This document shows positions 10,099 through 20,121 of a stretch of 64,000 bases of DNA, one piece after another. This DNA is from Armatimonadota bacterium. GTDB lineage: Bacteria; Armatimonadota; SYMT01. Where the stretch lies: NCBI GenBank assembly GCA_046292385.1, contig JBKBRF010000019.1, positions 32,001 to 96,000 of the forward strand, read 5' to 3'. Every line of letters begins with the position of its first letter. Positions within the stretch are counted from its first letter, which is position 1. The notes under the pieces were generated by a model that searched no databases, was not told the origin of the DNA, and worked only from the letters and a program-made list of their open reading frames with translations. A program made the translations under genes and the position numbers.

Positions 10099-10962
10099 AT
10101 GAAGACCGAGAACGGCTCCGAGCTGGACCGCCGCGCCCTCCTCAAGGGCGCTACGGCGGGTGTGGTTGGCGCCGGTGTCGCCGCCACGGCGCTCGCGGCG
10201 GCGCCGGAGGCGGCGGCGCAGGACAAGGGCGCCCTCAAGGACGAGGGAGTCCTCACCGAGACGATCCGCTTCCAGAGCGGCGGCGACACGATCAGCGGTT
10301 TTCTCGCCCGTCCCCGCGCCGCGGCGCGCCGGGGAACGGTGATCATCATCCCCGGCATCTTCGGAATCACGGACCAGATCAAGGAGACGACCGCCCAGGT
10401 GGCGCAGGCGGGTCTGAACGCGCTGGCGCTCGACTTCTACGCTCGCAAGGGCGGCGCGCCGGAGACGAACGACTTCAACGTGCTGCGCACCTTCGTGGCG
10501 GAAAACGCGCCGGACAAGCAGATCGTCCAGGACGCGCAGGCGGCGATTGACCACCTGGAGAAGCAGCCGTACGCCAACGACAAGTTCGGGATCACCGGCT
10601 TCTGCATGGGCGGCCGGATCACGCTGCTCGTCGCCGCGGCTTCGCCGGACATCGACGCCGCCTCGCCCTACTACGGCCCGGTGCGCGCGGCAGGTCCGAC
10701 CAACCTGGCGCCGATCGAGATGACGGAGAAGATCAAGGCGCCGGTGCAGGGCCACTACGGTGCTACCGACCGCAACCCGTCTCCGGAAGACGTGCGCGCC
10801 TTCTACGCCAAGCTGAAGGAGACGAACCCGCACGCGGAGTTCCACATCTACGAGGGAGCCGGCCACGCGTTCCAGGACTGGACCCGCCCGTCCTACAACG
10901 CCGAAGCGGCCCGGACCGCCTGGGGCCGCACCGTGGAGTTCTTCCAGAAGCACCTGAAGTAG
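10099..10962 (+). CDS. Tat-exported dienelactone hydrolase family protein
   Basis: Twin-arginine leader DRRALLKG, nucleophile motif GFCMGG, and YEGAGHAF. Confidence 0.9.
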   Translation: MKTENGSELDRRALLKGATAGVVGAGVAATALAAAPEAAAQDKGALKDEGVLTETIRFQSGGDTISGFLARPRAAARRGTVIIIPGIFGITDQIKETTAQVAQAGLNALALDFYARKGGAPETNDFNVLRTFVAENAPDKQIVQDAQAAIDHLEKQPYANDKFGITGFCMGGRITLLVAAASPDIDAASPYYGPVRAAGPTNLAPIEMTEKIKAPVQGHYGATDRNPSPEDVRAFYAKLKETNPHAEFHIYEGAGHAFQDWTRPSYNAEAARTAWGRTVEFFQKHLK

Positions 10963-11000
10963 CCGTCTCGCGCGGCTCCACAAACCCCACTACGATGGAG

Positions 11001-11033
11001 CGCCCCGGCCGGCGGCCGGGGCGTTTCCTTTTT
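11001..11033 (+). terminator. Intrinsic terminator
   Basis: CGCCCCGGCC-ggc-GGCCGGGGCG followed by TTTCCTTTTT. Confidence 0.75.
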
Positions 11034-11201
11034 GATCCGTAACGATGCTGGACAGAACCTGAAAGAATGACATGGGGGTGAAGCGTACCGTCGCACGGCC
11101 GGCAGCGGCACGTGACGCAGGAGAAGCGTTCTGCCCGCTCGGAATGGGGCATTGAGCTGTGACGGCCCCGCCGGCCGTGTTGTGTTCTGGAGGAATCCCG
11201 G

Positions 11202-13574
11202 TTGGAAAGTGACGCAACTGCCCCCCTGCAGGACCCGAGGCAGCTGGCGATCGGCGACGGAGTCTACGGCCTGGATCCGCAGGGCTTCTGCACCTTTATT
11301 AATCCCGCCGCGGCCGAGATGCTCGGCTACCGCGCGGAAGAGCTGCTCGGCCGGGAGCTCCACGCGCTGATCCACCACACGCGCGCCGACGGCTCCCCTT
11401 ACCGGCTGGAGGAGTGCCCCATCGCGGGCTCGCTGTGGACCGGCGAGCCGGTCCGGCTGGATGATGAGCTCCTGTGGCGGCGGGACGGCACTTCCTTCCG
11501 CGCGGAGTACTCCGCGTACCCGCTCCGGACCGGTGACGCGGTGCAGGGCGCGGTGGTCGTCTTCCGCGATTCCTCGGCCGCCCAGTCGGAACGGGAGCGG
11601 CTCTCCGCAGCGCTGCAGCGCGCCCACCAGGAGCGGCAGGAACTGCTGGAGCGAGAGCGGCTAGCGCGGCAGGCGGCGGAGCGGGAGCGGGATCTGCTGC
11701 TGCGGGTTACGGAGAACGCGCCGATCTCCATCGGAGTGCTGGAAGGCCCGGAGCATCGCTTCACCTTCGTCAACTCGGTCACGGCGGATCTGTGCGGGCT
11801 GCCGGTGGAGGCGTTCCTGGGACGGACGCATCGGGAGGTGGCCCCCGAGGCAGACGCGGTGGTCGGCCCGGTTCTCGATCGCGTCTTCCGGACGGGGCAG
11901 CCGGAGGTGATGCCGGACCTGGAAGTCCGGCTCCCGAACGGACGGCAGGCCTCTCTTCACGTCATCTGGACCCCGCTCCAGGGGCCGGACGGCACGCTGG
12001 CCGGAGTGCTCTACCTCTCGCTCGATACCACCGAGCTCCGCCGCGCGCAGGAGGCGCTGCGGACCGCGCACGACAGCTTCCGGCACCTGGTGCAGAACTC
12101 GCCGTTCGGACTCTATGCGGTCGACGCCGACTTCCGCCTGGTGCAGGTGAGTGCCGGCGCGCAGAAGGTGTTCGAGAATGTCCAGCCGCTGCTCGGGAGG
12201 GACTTCGCGGCGGTGCTGCGCGCCATCTGGCCGGAGCCGTTCGCGACCGAGGCGATCGGCTACTTCCGCCACACCCTGGCGACGGGGGAGCCTTACCACG
12301 CCCCCAGCACCGTAGAGCGCCGGCGGGACATCGACGAAGTGGAGGCGTACGACTGGAAGATCGAGCGGGTGACGCTGCCGGACGGCCGCTACGGCGTGGT
12401 CTGCCACTTCTACGACCTTTCGGAGCGGCAGCAGTACGAAGAGGCGCTGCGCGACGCGGACCGGCGCAAGGACGAGTTCCTGGCGATGCTGGCCCACGAG
12501 CTCCGCAACCCGCTGGGGGCGATCCGCAACGCCGTGGGGCTGCTCCAGCAGGCAGAGCCCGGAAGCGCGCCGTTCCGGCGAGGGCTGGAGGTGGCGCGCC
12601 GTCAGATTCAGCACCAGAGCCAGATCGTGGATGATCTGCTCGACGTCTCCCGGATTCGCAGCGGCAAGCTGGAGCTCCGCCGCGAGCAGCTCGACCTGAC
12701 GGAGCTGGTGCGAGACACCGCCGAGGATTTCCGCGCGGAAGTGGAGCGGCGGGGGCTGGCGCTCACGGTCGCGCTCCCGGACGAGCCGGTGTCGGTGCAG
12801 GGCGACCGCACCCGGCTTGCGCAGGCGCTGGGCAACCTGCTGAACAACGCCAGCAAGTTCACCCCCGCGGGAGGCGAGGTGCGGATCGAGTTGGAGACCC
12901 GGCCCTCCGAGAAGCGAAGCGAGATGGCCGAGATCCGGGTGCGCGACACCGGCGTGGGCATCGACCCCGAGATGCTGGCCCGGCTCTTCGAGCCGTTTAC
13001 GCAGGCCGACCGGAGCCTGGACCGGTCTTGCGGCGGGCTGGGGCTGGGGCTCTCGCTCGTTCGCGGACTGGTGGAGATGCACGGCGGCCAGGTACACGGG
13101 CGGAGCGCCGGGGAAGGACGCGGAGCCGAGTTCACCCTGACGCTGCCCGTGAGTGCCGCGCCACTCGGTGAGCCGGCTCGCCGCGCCGCAGTCACGAGCA
13201 ACAGCGGCTCTCAGCGCGTGCTGGTGGTGGAAGACCTCCCCGACGCGGCGGAGACCTTGCGGGACCTGCTGGAGCTGGCCGGCTACACGGTCGAGGTCGC
13301 CTCCGACGGTCCCGCCGCGCTCGCGTCCGCTGCCGCCTTCCGTCCGAACGTGGTGCTGTGCGACATCGGGCTGCCAGGCATGGACGGTTACTCCGTGGCG
13401 GAAGAGCTCCGGCGCCGCGCCGCCACCGCGGAGAGCTACCTCATCGCGCTCACCGGGTACGGGCAGGAAGCGGACCGGCACCGCGCCGAGACCGCCGGCT
13501 TTAACCTGCACCTCACCAAGCCGGTCGAGCCGGAGGCGCTGTACCGGGTCCTCGCGTCGCTCGCGGCGGCGTAG
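11202..13574 (+). CDS. Cytoplasmic hybrid sensor histidine kinase (3 PAS, HisKA, HATPase, REC)
   Basis: PAS repeats; H-box EFLAMLAHELRNPL; N-box NLLNNASKFT; G boxes DTGVGI and GGLGLGL; receiver VLCDIGLPGMDG. The TTG start is uncertain. Confidence 0.92.
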   Translation: MESDATAPLQDPRQLAIGDGVYGLDPQGFCTFINPAAAEMLGYRAEELLGRELHALIHHTRADGSPYRLEECPIAGSLWTGEPVRLDDELLWRRDGTSFRAEYSAYPLRTGDAVQGAVVVFRDSSAAQSERERLSAALQRAHQERQELLERERLARQAAERERDLLLRVTENAPISIGVLEGPEHRFTFVNSVTADLCGLPVEAFLGRTHREVAPEADAVVGPVLDRVFRTGQPEVMPDLEVRLPNGRQASLHVIWTPLQGPDGTLAGVLYLSLDTTELRRAQEALRTAHDSFRHLVQNSPFGLYAVDADFRLVQVSAGAQKVFENVQPLLGRDFAAVLRAIWPEPFATEAIGYFRHTLATGEPYHAPSTVERRRDIDEVEAYDWKIERVTLPDGRYGVVCHFYDLSERQQYEEALRDADRRKDEFLAMLAHELRNPLGAIRNAVGLLQQAEPGSAPFRRGLEVARRQIQHQSQIVDDLLDVSRIRSGKLELRREQLDLTELVRDTAEDFRAEVERRGLALTVALPDEPVSVQGDRTRLAQALGNLLNNASKFTPAGGEVRIELETRPSEKRSEMAEIRVRDTGVGIDPEMLARLFEPFTQADRSLDRSCGGLGLGLSLVRGLVEMHGGQVHGRSAGEGRGAEFTLTLPVSAAPLGEPARRAAVTSNSGSQRVLVVEDLPDAAETLRDLLELAGYTVEVASDGPAALASAAAFRPNVVLCDIGLPGMDGYSVAEELRRRAATAESYLIALTGYGQEADRHRAETAGFNLHLTKPVEPEALYRVLASLAAA

Positions 13575-13766
13575 CGCGTCGGGCTGCTTCGCTTCTGCAA
13601 GTCCCGTGCGTGCGGTGGCCCTGAATACCAGCGATCCACGCAGGAGTTCCCTCCGCTCCTGCGCAACTGTCGGCACAGTACTCATTCGTGCGGAGAGCAT
13701 CAGAGCCGATTTGCTCCGCGCGCCCCCGTCCCATCCACCACCTTTTCTCACCACAGGAGTCCAACC

Positions 13767-15350
13767 TTGAGCAGCGCAGCCAAAGTGGGGCCAAAGGAGT
13801 TCGCCGGCTCCGATCTGCCCGAAAACAAGAAAGTCATGCTCTTCTGGGCGTGCTTTGCCGCCCTGATTGCCACGGCGTTCGGCTTTATCGTGCGGGTCTT
13901 CCTCATCCCGGAATGGGGCGATCAGTTCGGGATGACCGAGGTCCAGAAGGGCCGAATCCTCGGCGCGGGTCTGTGGCCGTTCTCGATCAGCATCATCCTC
14001 TTTAGCCTGGTGATCGACCGGATCGGCTACGGCAAGGCGATGGCGTTCGCGTTCGCCTGCCACGTCGCCTCCGCCGTGATGCTGATTACCGCGCGGAGCT
14101 ACGACCAGCTCTACTGGGGAAGCTTCGTTGGGGCGCTGGCGAACGGAACGGTCGAAGCGGCGGTGAACCCAGTGGTCGCCACGCTCTTCCCCAACGAAAA
14201 GACCAAGTGGCTCAACCGGCTGCACGCCGGCTGGCCCGGCGGCCTCGTCCTGGGCGGAATCCTGGCGCTCATCATGGGGCCGGGAACTGCCTGGCAGTGG
14301 AAGGTCGGCCTGGTCCTGATCCCCACCGCGATTTACGGCGTGATGATGCTGGGAGCCAAGTTCCCGGTCTCCGAGCGCGTCGCCGCGGGCGTCTCCTACA
14401 AGGAGATGCTGAAGGAGTTCGGCGTTCTCGGCGCGCTGATGGCCAGCTTCCTGGTCTTCGCGGAGCTGGGGAACACCTTCGGATGGAACCCGTGGGTGAT
14501 CGGCGCCATCGTGGTGGCGGTAACCCTGGCTTTCGGGGCCACCATCAACTTCGCGCCGGGACGACCGCTCTTCCTGGTCCTGATGGCGATCATGATTCCG
14601 CTCGCGATCACCGAGCTCGGGGTCGACAGCTGGATTACCGACCTGATGGGACCGGAAATGATCGCGCTCGGGCTGCAGGCCGGCTGGGTGCTGGTCTACA
14701 CCTCCGTGATCATGATGATCCTCCGCTTCTTCGCGGGCTCGATCGTCCACCGCATCTCCCCGCTGGGGCTGCTGGCGGTCAGCGCGGCGATCGCCGCGAT
14801 TGGCCTGGCGTTCCTCTCCAAGGCGGCCGGGGCGACCATCCTCGTCGCGGCCACCCTCTACGGCCTGGGCAAGACCTTCTTCTGGCCCACGATGCTCGGG
14901 GTCGTGGCGGAGCAGTTCCCCCGCGGCGGCGCCCTCACCCTGAACGCCATCGCCGGCGTTGGGATGCTGGCGGTCGGCGTGGTCGGGAATCCGTTCCTCG
15001 GCTACATCCAGGACACCAGCGTGAACAGCCACCTGCAGCGGGAGAACGCGGCCATCCATCAGCAGGTCGCCACCGAGAAGCAGTGGGTGTTCGGCCAGTA
15101 CGTCGCGCCGGACCCCGGTAAGATCGCGACTCTGCCGGAAGCCGATCAGGCGGCCGTGAAGCACGTTTCCGACGTGGCGAAGAAGGAAGCGCTGCTTACG
15201 GTGACGATCTTCCCGATCATCATGCTCCTCGGCTACCTCGCGCTGCTCGGCTACTTCAAGTCGCGCGGCGGCTACAAGGCGGAGGTGCTGGCGGGCCACG
15301 CCGCCGAGGACGAGGAGTTTACGGGCGGCGTCAAGGGACCGGTCCGTTAG
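13767..15350 (+). CDS. Major facilitator superfamily transporter (probably sugar-related)
   Basis: About 12 hydrophobic helices, LVIDRIGYG loop motif, and GTVEAAVNPVVATLFP as in fucose-permease-like MFS proteins. Confidence 0.85.
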   Translation: MSSAAKVGPKEFAGSDLPENKKVMLFWACFAALIATAFGFIVRVFLIPEWGDQFGMTEVQKGRILGAGLWPFSISIILFSLVIDRIGYGKAMAFAFACHVASAVMLITARSYDQLYWGSFVGALANGTVEAAVNPVVATLFPNEKTKWLNRLHAGWPGGLVLGGILALIMGPGTAWQWKVGLVLIPTAIYGVMMLGAKFPVSERVAAGVSYKEMLKEFGVLGALMASFLVFAELGNTFGWNPWVIGAIVVAVTLAFGATINFAPGRPLFLVLMAIMIPLAITELGVDSWITDLMGPEMIALGLQAGWVLVYTSVIMMILRFFAGSIVHRISPLGLLAVSAAIAAIGLAFLSKAAGATILVAATLYGLGKTFFWPTMLGVVAEQFPRGGALTLNAIAGVGMLAVGVVGNPFLGYIQDTSVNSHLQRENAAIHQQVATEKQWVFGQYVAPDPGKIATLPEADQAAVKHVSDVAKKEALLTVTIFPIIMLLGYLALLGYFKSRGGYKAEVLAGHAAEDEEFTGGVKGPVR

Positions 15351-15374
15351 CTCGAACTGATCTCCGGATCGATT

Positions 15375-15407
15375 GGGGGACCAGCCGCCTGGCTGGTCCC
15401 TCTTTTC
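15375..15407 (+). terminator. Intrinsic terminator after the MFS gene
   Basis: GGGACCAGCC-gcct-GGCTGGTCCC followed by TCTTTT. Confidence 0.75.
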
Positions 15408-15450
15408 GTTTCCGACGTCCTGAAGCGCACGCACGCGGCGGGGTGTCTGC

Positions 15451-15488
15451 GTTACGCAAAGTTCATTGCGGCGAAACATTTCGGAAAC
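15451..15488 (+). promoter_or_regulatory. Candidate GlnR-box-like operator upstream of amtB
   Basis: GTTAC-n6-TTCAT-n6-GAAAC-n6-GAAAC, four pentamers with exact 11-nt periodicity. Confidence 0.5.
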
Positions 15489-15687
15489 GGAGGAGAAAAG
15501 GTCGGGAAATACGGCGGGTCTACCCTTTCTTCAACAGGTTGACTTTCCGCGGGAGCAACTCCCGCGGGCCCTGCGGCGGCCTGCCTTCGTTTCAGCGCAG
15601 AGCGAAGGGATCCCATGCCGCCGCAAGGAGAGCAGCCGCTGCTCGCGCCTCGAGGCCGAGGCGCCACGGTTAGCTACAGAGGATGGT

Positions 15688-17034
15688 ATGACAAGCTCCG
15701 CGTCCCGAATGCTGCGCCGGGGACTCCCGCTCGGCGCGCTCCTCTCCCTGCTTCCCTCGCTCGCCTGGGCGCAGGAGACAGCAGGAGCCGCCGCTGAAGC
15801 GGCCGCGCCCGCGATCGACAAAGGCGACACCGGCTTCATCCTGGCCTGTGCCGCGCTGGTGCTCTTCATGACCCCGGGCCTGGCGCTCTTCTACGCCGGC
15901 ATGGCGCGCCGCAAGAACGCGCTCGGCACGATCATGCAGAGCTTCATCGCGATGGGGATCATTACGGTCCTCTGGGTGACCGTCGGCTACAGCCTCGCTT
16001 TCAGCCCGGGAGGGCCCTGGATCGGCGGTCTGAGCTGGCTGGGACTGAACGGCGTGAGCGCTTACGAGGCCGGCCCCCTCGGCTCGACCATCCCGCACCA
16101 GCTCTTCATGGTGTTCCAGTTGATGTTCGCGATCATCACCCCGGCCCTGATCAGCGGCGCCTTCGCGGAGCGGATGAAGTTCAGCGCCTACCTGGTCTTC
16201 ATCGGGATCTGGTCCCTGGTCGTCTACGTGCCGCTCGCCCACTGGGTGTGGTCGCCGGACGGATGGCTGTTCAAGATGGGCGCGCTAGACTTCGCCGGCG
16301 GCACCGTGGTGCACATCAGCTCCGGTATCACTGCCCTCGTCGCGGCGATCATGATCGGCAAGCGGCGCGGCTATCCTAACGAGGAGATGCGCCCGCACAA
16401 CCTGACGATGACGCTGCTCGGCACCGGCATCCTGTGGTTCGGGTGGTACGGCTTCAACGGCGGCAGCGCGCTCGCGGCGGACAGCATCGCAGTCATCGCG
16501 TTCGTCAACACCCACATCGCGGCGGGCGTCGCAACGATGGCGTGGCTGCTGGTCGAGTGGGCGCACCGCGGTAAGCCGACCGCTCTCGGTGCGGCCTCCG
16601 GCGCGGTGGCGGGCCTGGTAGGGATTACGCCGGCAGCCGGGTTTGTCAGTCCGATGGGCGCCATCGCGATCGGGGCCGTCACTGCCGCCGCGTGCTACTT
16701 CGCGGTAATGTGCAAGTCGAAGGCCGGCTACGACGACAGCCTGGATACCTTCGGGGTACACGGCGTGGGTGGAACCGTCGGGGCGGTCCTGACGGGCGTC
16801 TTCGCCAGCGCGGCTGCGAACAACGTGGCGAAAATCGATGGCCTGCTCTACGGCAACGCCGGTCAGATGATCCCGCAGCTCACGGGGGTGGCGGTCACCT
16901 GGGTCTACGCGGCCGTAGTGAGCGCGGTGCTGCTCTTCATCATCGACAAGACGATCGGGCTCCGCGTGAAGAGCACGGATGAGGAAGTCGGACTGGACAT
17001 CAGCCAGCACGGTGAGGAAGGATACGTCCTGTAG
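15688..17034 (+). CDS. amtB: Ammonium transporter
   Basis: FMTPGLALFYAG, FQLMFAIITPALISGA, LDFAGGTVVH, WFGWYGFNGGS, DDSLDTFGVHG motifs; signal peptide after ATG 15688. Confidence 0.97.
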   Translation: MTSSASRMLRRGLPLGALLSLLPSLAWAQETAGAAAEAAAPAIDKGDTGFILACAALVLFMTPGLALFYAGMARRKNALGTIMQSFIAMGIITVLWVTVGYSLAFSPGGPWIGGLSWLGLNGVSAYEAGPLGSTIPHQLFMVFQLMFAIITPALISGAFAERMKFSAYLVFIGIWSLVVYVPLAHWVWSPDGWLFKMGALDFAGGTVVHISSGITALVAAIMIGKRRGYPNEEMRPHNLTMTLLGTGILWFGWYGFNGGSALAADSIAVIAFVNTHIAAGVATMAWLLVEWAHRGKPTALGAASGAVAGLVGITPAAGFVSPMGAIAIGAVTAAACYFAVMCKSKAGYDDSLDTFGVHGVGGTVGAVLTGVFASAAANNVAKIDGLLYGNAGQMIPQLTGVAVTWVYAAVVSAVLLFIIDKTIGLRVKSTDEEVGLDISQHGEEGYVL

Positions 17035-17180
17035 GCCTCGCCACCGCAGCGGCCAACCTGTGTCGAGAGAGAGAAGCGAAGGGTCGGTGATCGTATCCGC
17101 CCGGCGCTTCTCCTCTCTCCCGCTCATAACGATTTCGGACCGCCCCCGCGGCGGTCGAGCAGACTGGGGATAACACGCAG

Positions 17181-17519
17181 ATGACGAAGATGGAAGCGAT
17201 CATTCGTCCGGAGAAGCTGGAGGACCTGCAGCACCAGCTCGAGGACATGGGCCTCACCGGGCTCACCGTGACGGAAGTCCGCGGCGCCGGCCGGCAGGCG
17301 GGCTACGTGGAGCGCTACCGCGGCCTGGAGTACCGCGTCCGCCTGCTCCCGAAGGTGAAGGTGGAGGTGGTGGTACCGGACACGATGGTGGAGGACGTGG
17401 TGAAGACGATCCGCGACGCCTGCTACACCGGCGAAGTGGGGGACGGCAAGATCTTCCTCTGGAAGCTCGACGACGCGGTCCGGATCCGCACGGGAGACCG
17501 CGGGAACGAAGCTATCTAG
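17181..17519 (+). CDS. glnK: Nitrogen regulatory protein P-II
   Basis: KMEAIIRPEKL, T-loop YRGLEY, TGEVGDGKIF and RIRTG; 112 aa, directly downstream of amtB. Confidence 0.93.
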   Translation: MTKMEAIIRPEKLEDLQHQLEDMGLTGLTVTEVRGAGRQAGYVERYRGLEYRVRLLPKVKVEVVVPDTMVEDVVKTIRDACYTGEVGDGKIFLWKLDDAVRIRTGDRGNEAI

Positions 17520-17628
17520 GGGCTAGGGGCCAGGGCCTAGGGTTTAGGGGACCGAACCCCGCCCCGCATGGCTCTCCACTGGGACGACGAGCCCAAGTAC
17601 CCGCGAGCTTTGCTAGGAAGAGCAGAAA

Positions 17629-17671
17629 AACGAGAGGGGGAGCTAACCGGTTGGATGCTCCCCCTCTCGTT
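17629..17671. terminator. Hairpin between convergent genes (possibly bidirectional terminator)
   Basis: AACGAGAGGGG..AGC / GCTCCCCTCTCGTT stem, with an A-run on the left that gives a U tract on the minus strand. Confidence 0.6.
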
Positions 17672-17718
17672 GAATTCAGGTGAGGGCTGCGGATTAGGCT
17701 AGACCCTATCCCCTAGAA

Positions 17719-17892
17719 TCAGGCTTTGCCGGCCTTCTCGCAGCAGAGGCGCGCGATGTGGCGCTTGCCCACGCTGGGGACGCGCATCACGATCTCGGTC
17801 TTGCCGCCGCAGACCTTGCAGGTCGAGGCGAGCGCCTTCTGCTCGGCGCGGGCCGCGACGTTCGTCTTCGAGGTTCCTCTATCCTTCGCCAT
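17719..17892 (-). CDS. Small basic Cys-rich protein (57 aa, CxxC...CC, possible Zn-binding)
   Basis: Read by hand: MAKDRGTSKTNVAARAEQKALASTCKVCGGKTEIVMRVPSVGKRHIARLCCEKAGKA*. GGGAG RBS upstream. Below the ORF-track length cutoff. Confidence 0.7.
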   Translation of the reverse strand: MAKDRGTSKTNVAARAEQKALASTCKVCGGKTEIVMRVPSVGKRHIARLCCEKAGKA

Positions 17893-18106
17893 TGGATGAT
17901 CTCCCGCTTCTGGTGGGCGCCGCGCGCCCTACGCTGTACTGGCCGCCCGCGGGGACGACGCTGGCATTATAGCGAATCGGAGCCGGCTTGTGAAGGCGGC
18001 CCCACGCGGAGCGTGCCCGGAGGCGCACTGCGCGAAACGTTCGGCTCGACGGCTGCGTTACTATGGAGGAGAGGACTGGGCCCGGGCGCGCAGCCGGAGG
18101 TGCGTG

Positions 18107-18301
18107 ATGTCACAGGTGGATGACGAGACCCGCCGCCGGATCGACCGCTGGATCCGGGACAACGGCCGGAACGAGTACGGCGACCCGCAGGGGACGGTCT
18201 ACGCGGGCGGCAACCCGCTGTTCAGCGAATTCACCGGCCGCACGATGGACCGCTACGAGTATGTCCTCAAGCGGCATCCGGAGCTCCGTAAGGAGAAGTA
18301 G
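18107..18301 (+). CDS. Small hypothetical protein (NEYGDP..T.YAGG.PLF motif)
   Basis: 64 aa, protein-like composition, GGAGG RBS, 30 nt upstream of the S8 protease gene. Confidence 0.7.
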   Translation: MSQVDDETRRRIDRWIRDNGRNEYGDPQGTVYAGGNPLFSEFTGRTMDRYEYVLKRHPELRKEK

Positions 18302-18330
18302 CCGGGATCCGCCGGAGTGGGAGGTACGCG

Positions 18331-20112
18331 ATGCGCCGAGAACGGTGGAACTGGCTGGTCCGGGGTGTGATGGGGGCCGCCCTGGCGGCGACCGGTTGGC
18401 CCCTGGTCGCCCACTGGTGGCCGGCGCCGCTGCAGCCCGCTGGGCCCGCGGAGGTCGCCGCGTCAACCGGAGGCATCGCCGTCGACGCGCGGGACAATCT
18501 CGCGCCAGCCGAGCTGGCGGGGCTTAACGCGAAGTACGGCGTCAGCTTCCGCTACAACAGCATCCACGCGCAGGACGAGAAGCTGCTCATCGCGGACAAC
18601 GTCCCGCCGGAGCGGATCGAGAGCCTGGTCGCGCAGCTGCGGCAGGACCCGTTGATCGAGACGGCGGAGCCGCTCTACCACTACAGCAGCCCGAAGCCGC
18701 CGACCGCAGCCCAGCGCGTCCGGCAGGAGCAGCCGTCGCGCAAGCGCGGCGGGAAAGCTTGGACGCCGAACGATCCGCGCTTCGCCGAACAGTGGAACAT
18801 GCGGATGGTCGGCGCGGAGCAGGCCTGGACCCGCACCCGCGGGAAAGGCGTTATCGTCGCCGTGATCGATACCGGCGTCGCCTTCGAGAACGACGATACG
18901 CGCTGCTACCAGGCGAAGGACTTCGGCGAGACGCGGTTCGCGCGCGGGTATGACTTCGTGAACGACGACGACCACCCGAACGACGACCACGGGCACGGCA
19001 CGCACGTCGCCGGCACCATCGCGGAGAGCACCAACAACGGCGAGGGCGCGGCGGGCCTGGCGTTCGAAGCGACGATCATGCCGCTCAAGGTACTCGACGA
19101 GTTCGGGATGGGCACCAACGCCGACATCGCCGACGCGGTCCGGTTCGCGGCAGACCACGGCGCGGACATCATCAACATGAGTCTCGGCGGCTCCCGCCCG
19201 GACGCGGTGCTGCATGAGGCGTGCAAGTACGCGGTGAAGAAGGGCGTGCTGATCGTCTGCGCCGCCGGCAACTCGATGCGGGGACCGGTCGGCTACCCCG
19301 CCGCCTTCCCCGAGTGCCTCGCCGTCTCCGCCGTCGGCCCCAGCGGCGACCTCACCTTCTACTCCTCCGTCGGCAAGCAGGTCGGCATCGCGGCGCCGGG
19401 CGGCGAGTACCGCTCCGAAGACGAGCGCGAGAACGGCGTGCTGCAGAACACCGTCCCGATGGGCATCCGGGAGGACGACGGCTACTACGCCCTGCAGGGC
19501 ACCTCCATGGCGAGCCCGCACGTGGCCGCCACGGCGGCGCTCGTGATGTCGATGGGCATCCGGGACCCGGCCCAGGTGCGGGAAGTGCTCGCCCGCGGGG
19601 CGACGCCGAAGAAGCCGGCGCACCACTACGGGGTGGGGGTGCTCGACGCGCAGCGCAGCGTGCAGGCCGCCGGCGGGATGGCCCGCGATTCGTGGCTGAA
19701 GCTCGTCTTCACCGTGATTGCCGGCGTGCTGGGCGTCGGGGTGGGGGTGATCCGCCACCCGGCGCGGGGCCTGCTCCGGATTCCGTTTGTGCCGCTCGGC
19801 TTTGTCCTCGGCTTCCTGATCCCGGACCTCTTCTTCGGCTGGATGGGCTACGGCAGCCCGTTCAACATCATCCTGCACAGCGCGCTGATCCCGCTCTACC
19901 TGCTGTGGGAGGCGGAGAGCGGCAAGGTTTACCGGTTCGTGGCGGCGCTGGCGCTGGCGATGTCGATCCACCTCGGCTGGGACGCGGCGATGGGGCACGC
20001 GCCGTTCGCCGGCGTGCTGCCGTCCCACGCGCTGCCGTGGCTCTGGGTCAATACCGCCGTCGGCCTCGGCGTGGCGCTCGTCGCGTGGCGGCGCTCGTTC
20101 TCCGCGGGATAG
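18331..20112 (+). CDS. Subtilisin-like S8 serine protease with C-terminal membrane domain
   Basis: Catalytic triad motifs VAVIDTG, HGHGTHVAG and GTSMASPHV; oxyanion AAGNS; about five hydrophobic C-terminal helices. Confidence 0.93.
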   Translation: MRRERWNWLVRGVMGAALAATGWPLVAHWWPAPLQPAGPAEVAASTGGIAVDARDNLAPAELAGLNAKYGVSFRYNSIHAQDEKLLIADNVPPERIESLVAQLRQDPLIETAEPLYHYSSPKPPTAAQRVRQEQPSRKRGGKAWTPNDPRFAEQWNMRMVGAEQAWTRTRGKGVIVAVIDTGVAFENDDTRCYQAKDFGETRFARGYDFVNDDDHPNDDHGHGTHVAGTIAESTNNGEGAAGLAFEATIMPLKVLDEFGMGTNADIADAVRFAADHGADIINMSLGGSRPDAVLHEACKYAVKKGVLIVCAAGNSMRGPVGYPAAFPECLAVSAVGPSGDLTFYSSVGKQVGIAAPGGEYRSEDERENGVLQNTVPMGIREDDGYYALQGTSMASPHVAATAALVMSMGIRDPAQVREVLARGATPKKPAHHYGVGVLDAQRSVQAAGGMARDSWLKLVFTVIAGVLGVGVGVIRHPARGLLRIPFVPLGFVLGFLIPDLFFGWMGYGSPFNIILHSALIPLYLLWEAESGKVYRFVAALALAMSIHLGWDAAMGHAPFAGVLPSHALPWLWVNTAVGLGVALVAWRRSFSAG

Positions 20113-20121
20113 AATCGCGGT

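Noticed and set aside
11661..15479. 1272-aa minus-strand ORF
   Set aside because: It is the antisense shadow of the histidine kinase and MFS genes, has no motifs, and such ORFs are common in high-GC DNA.
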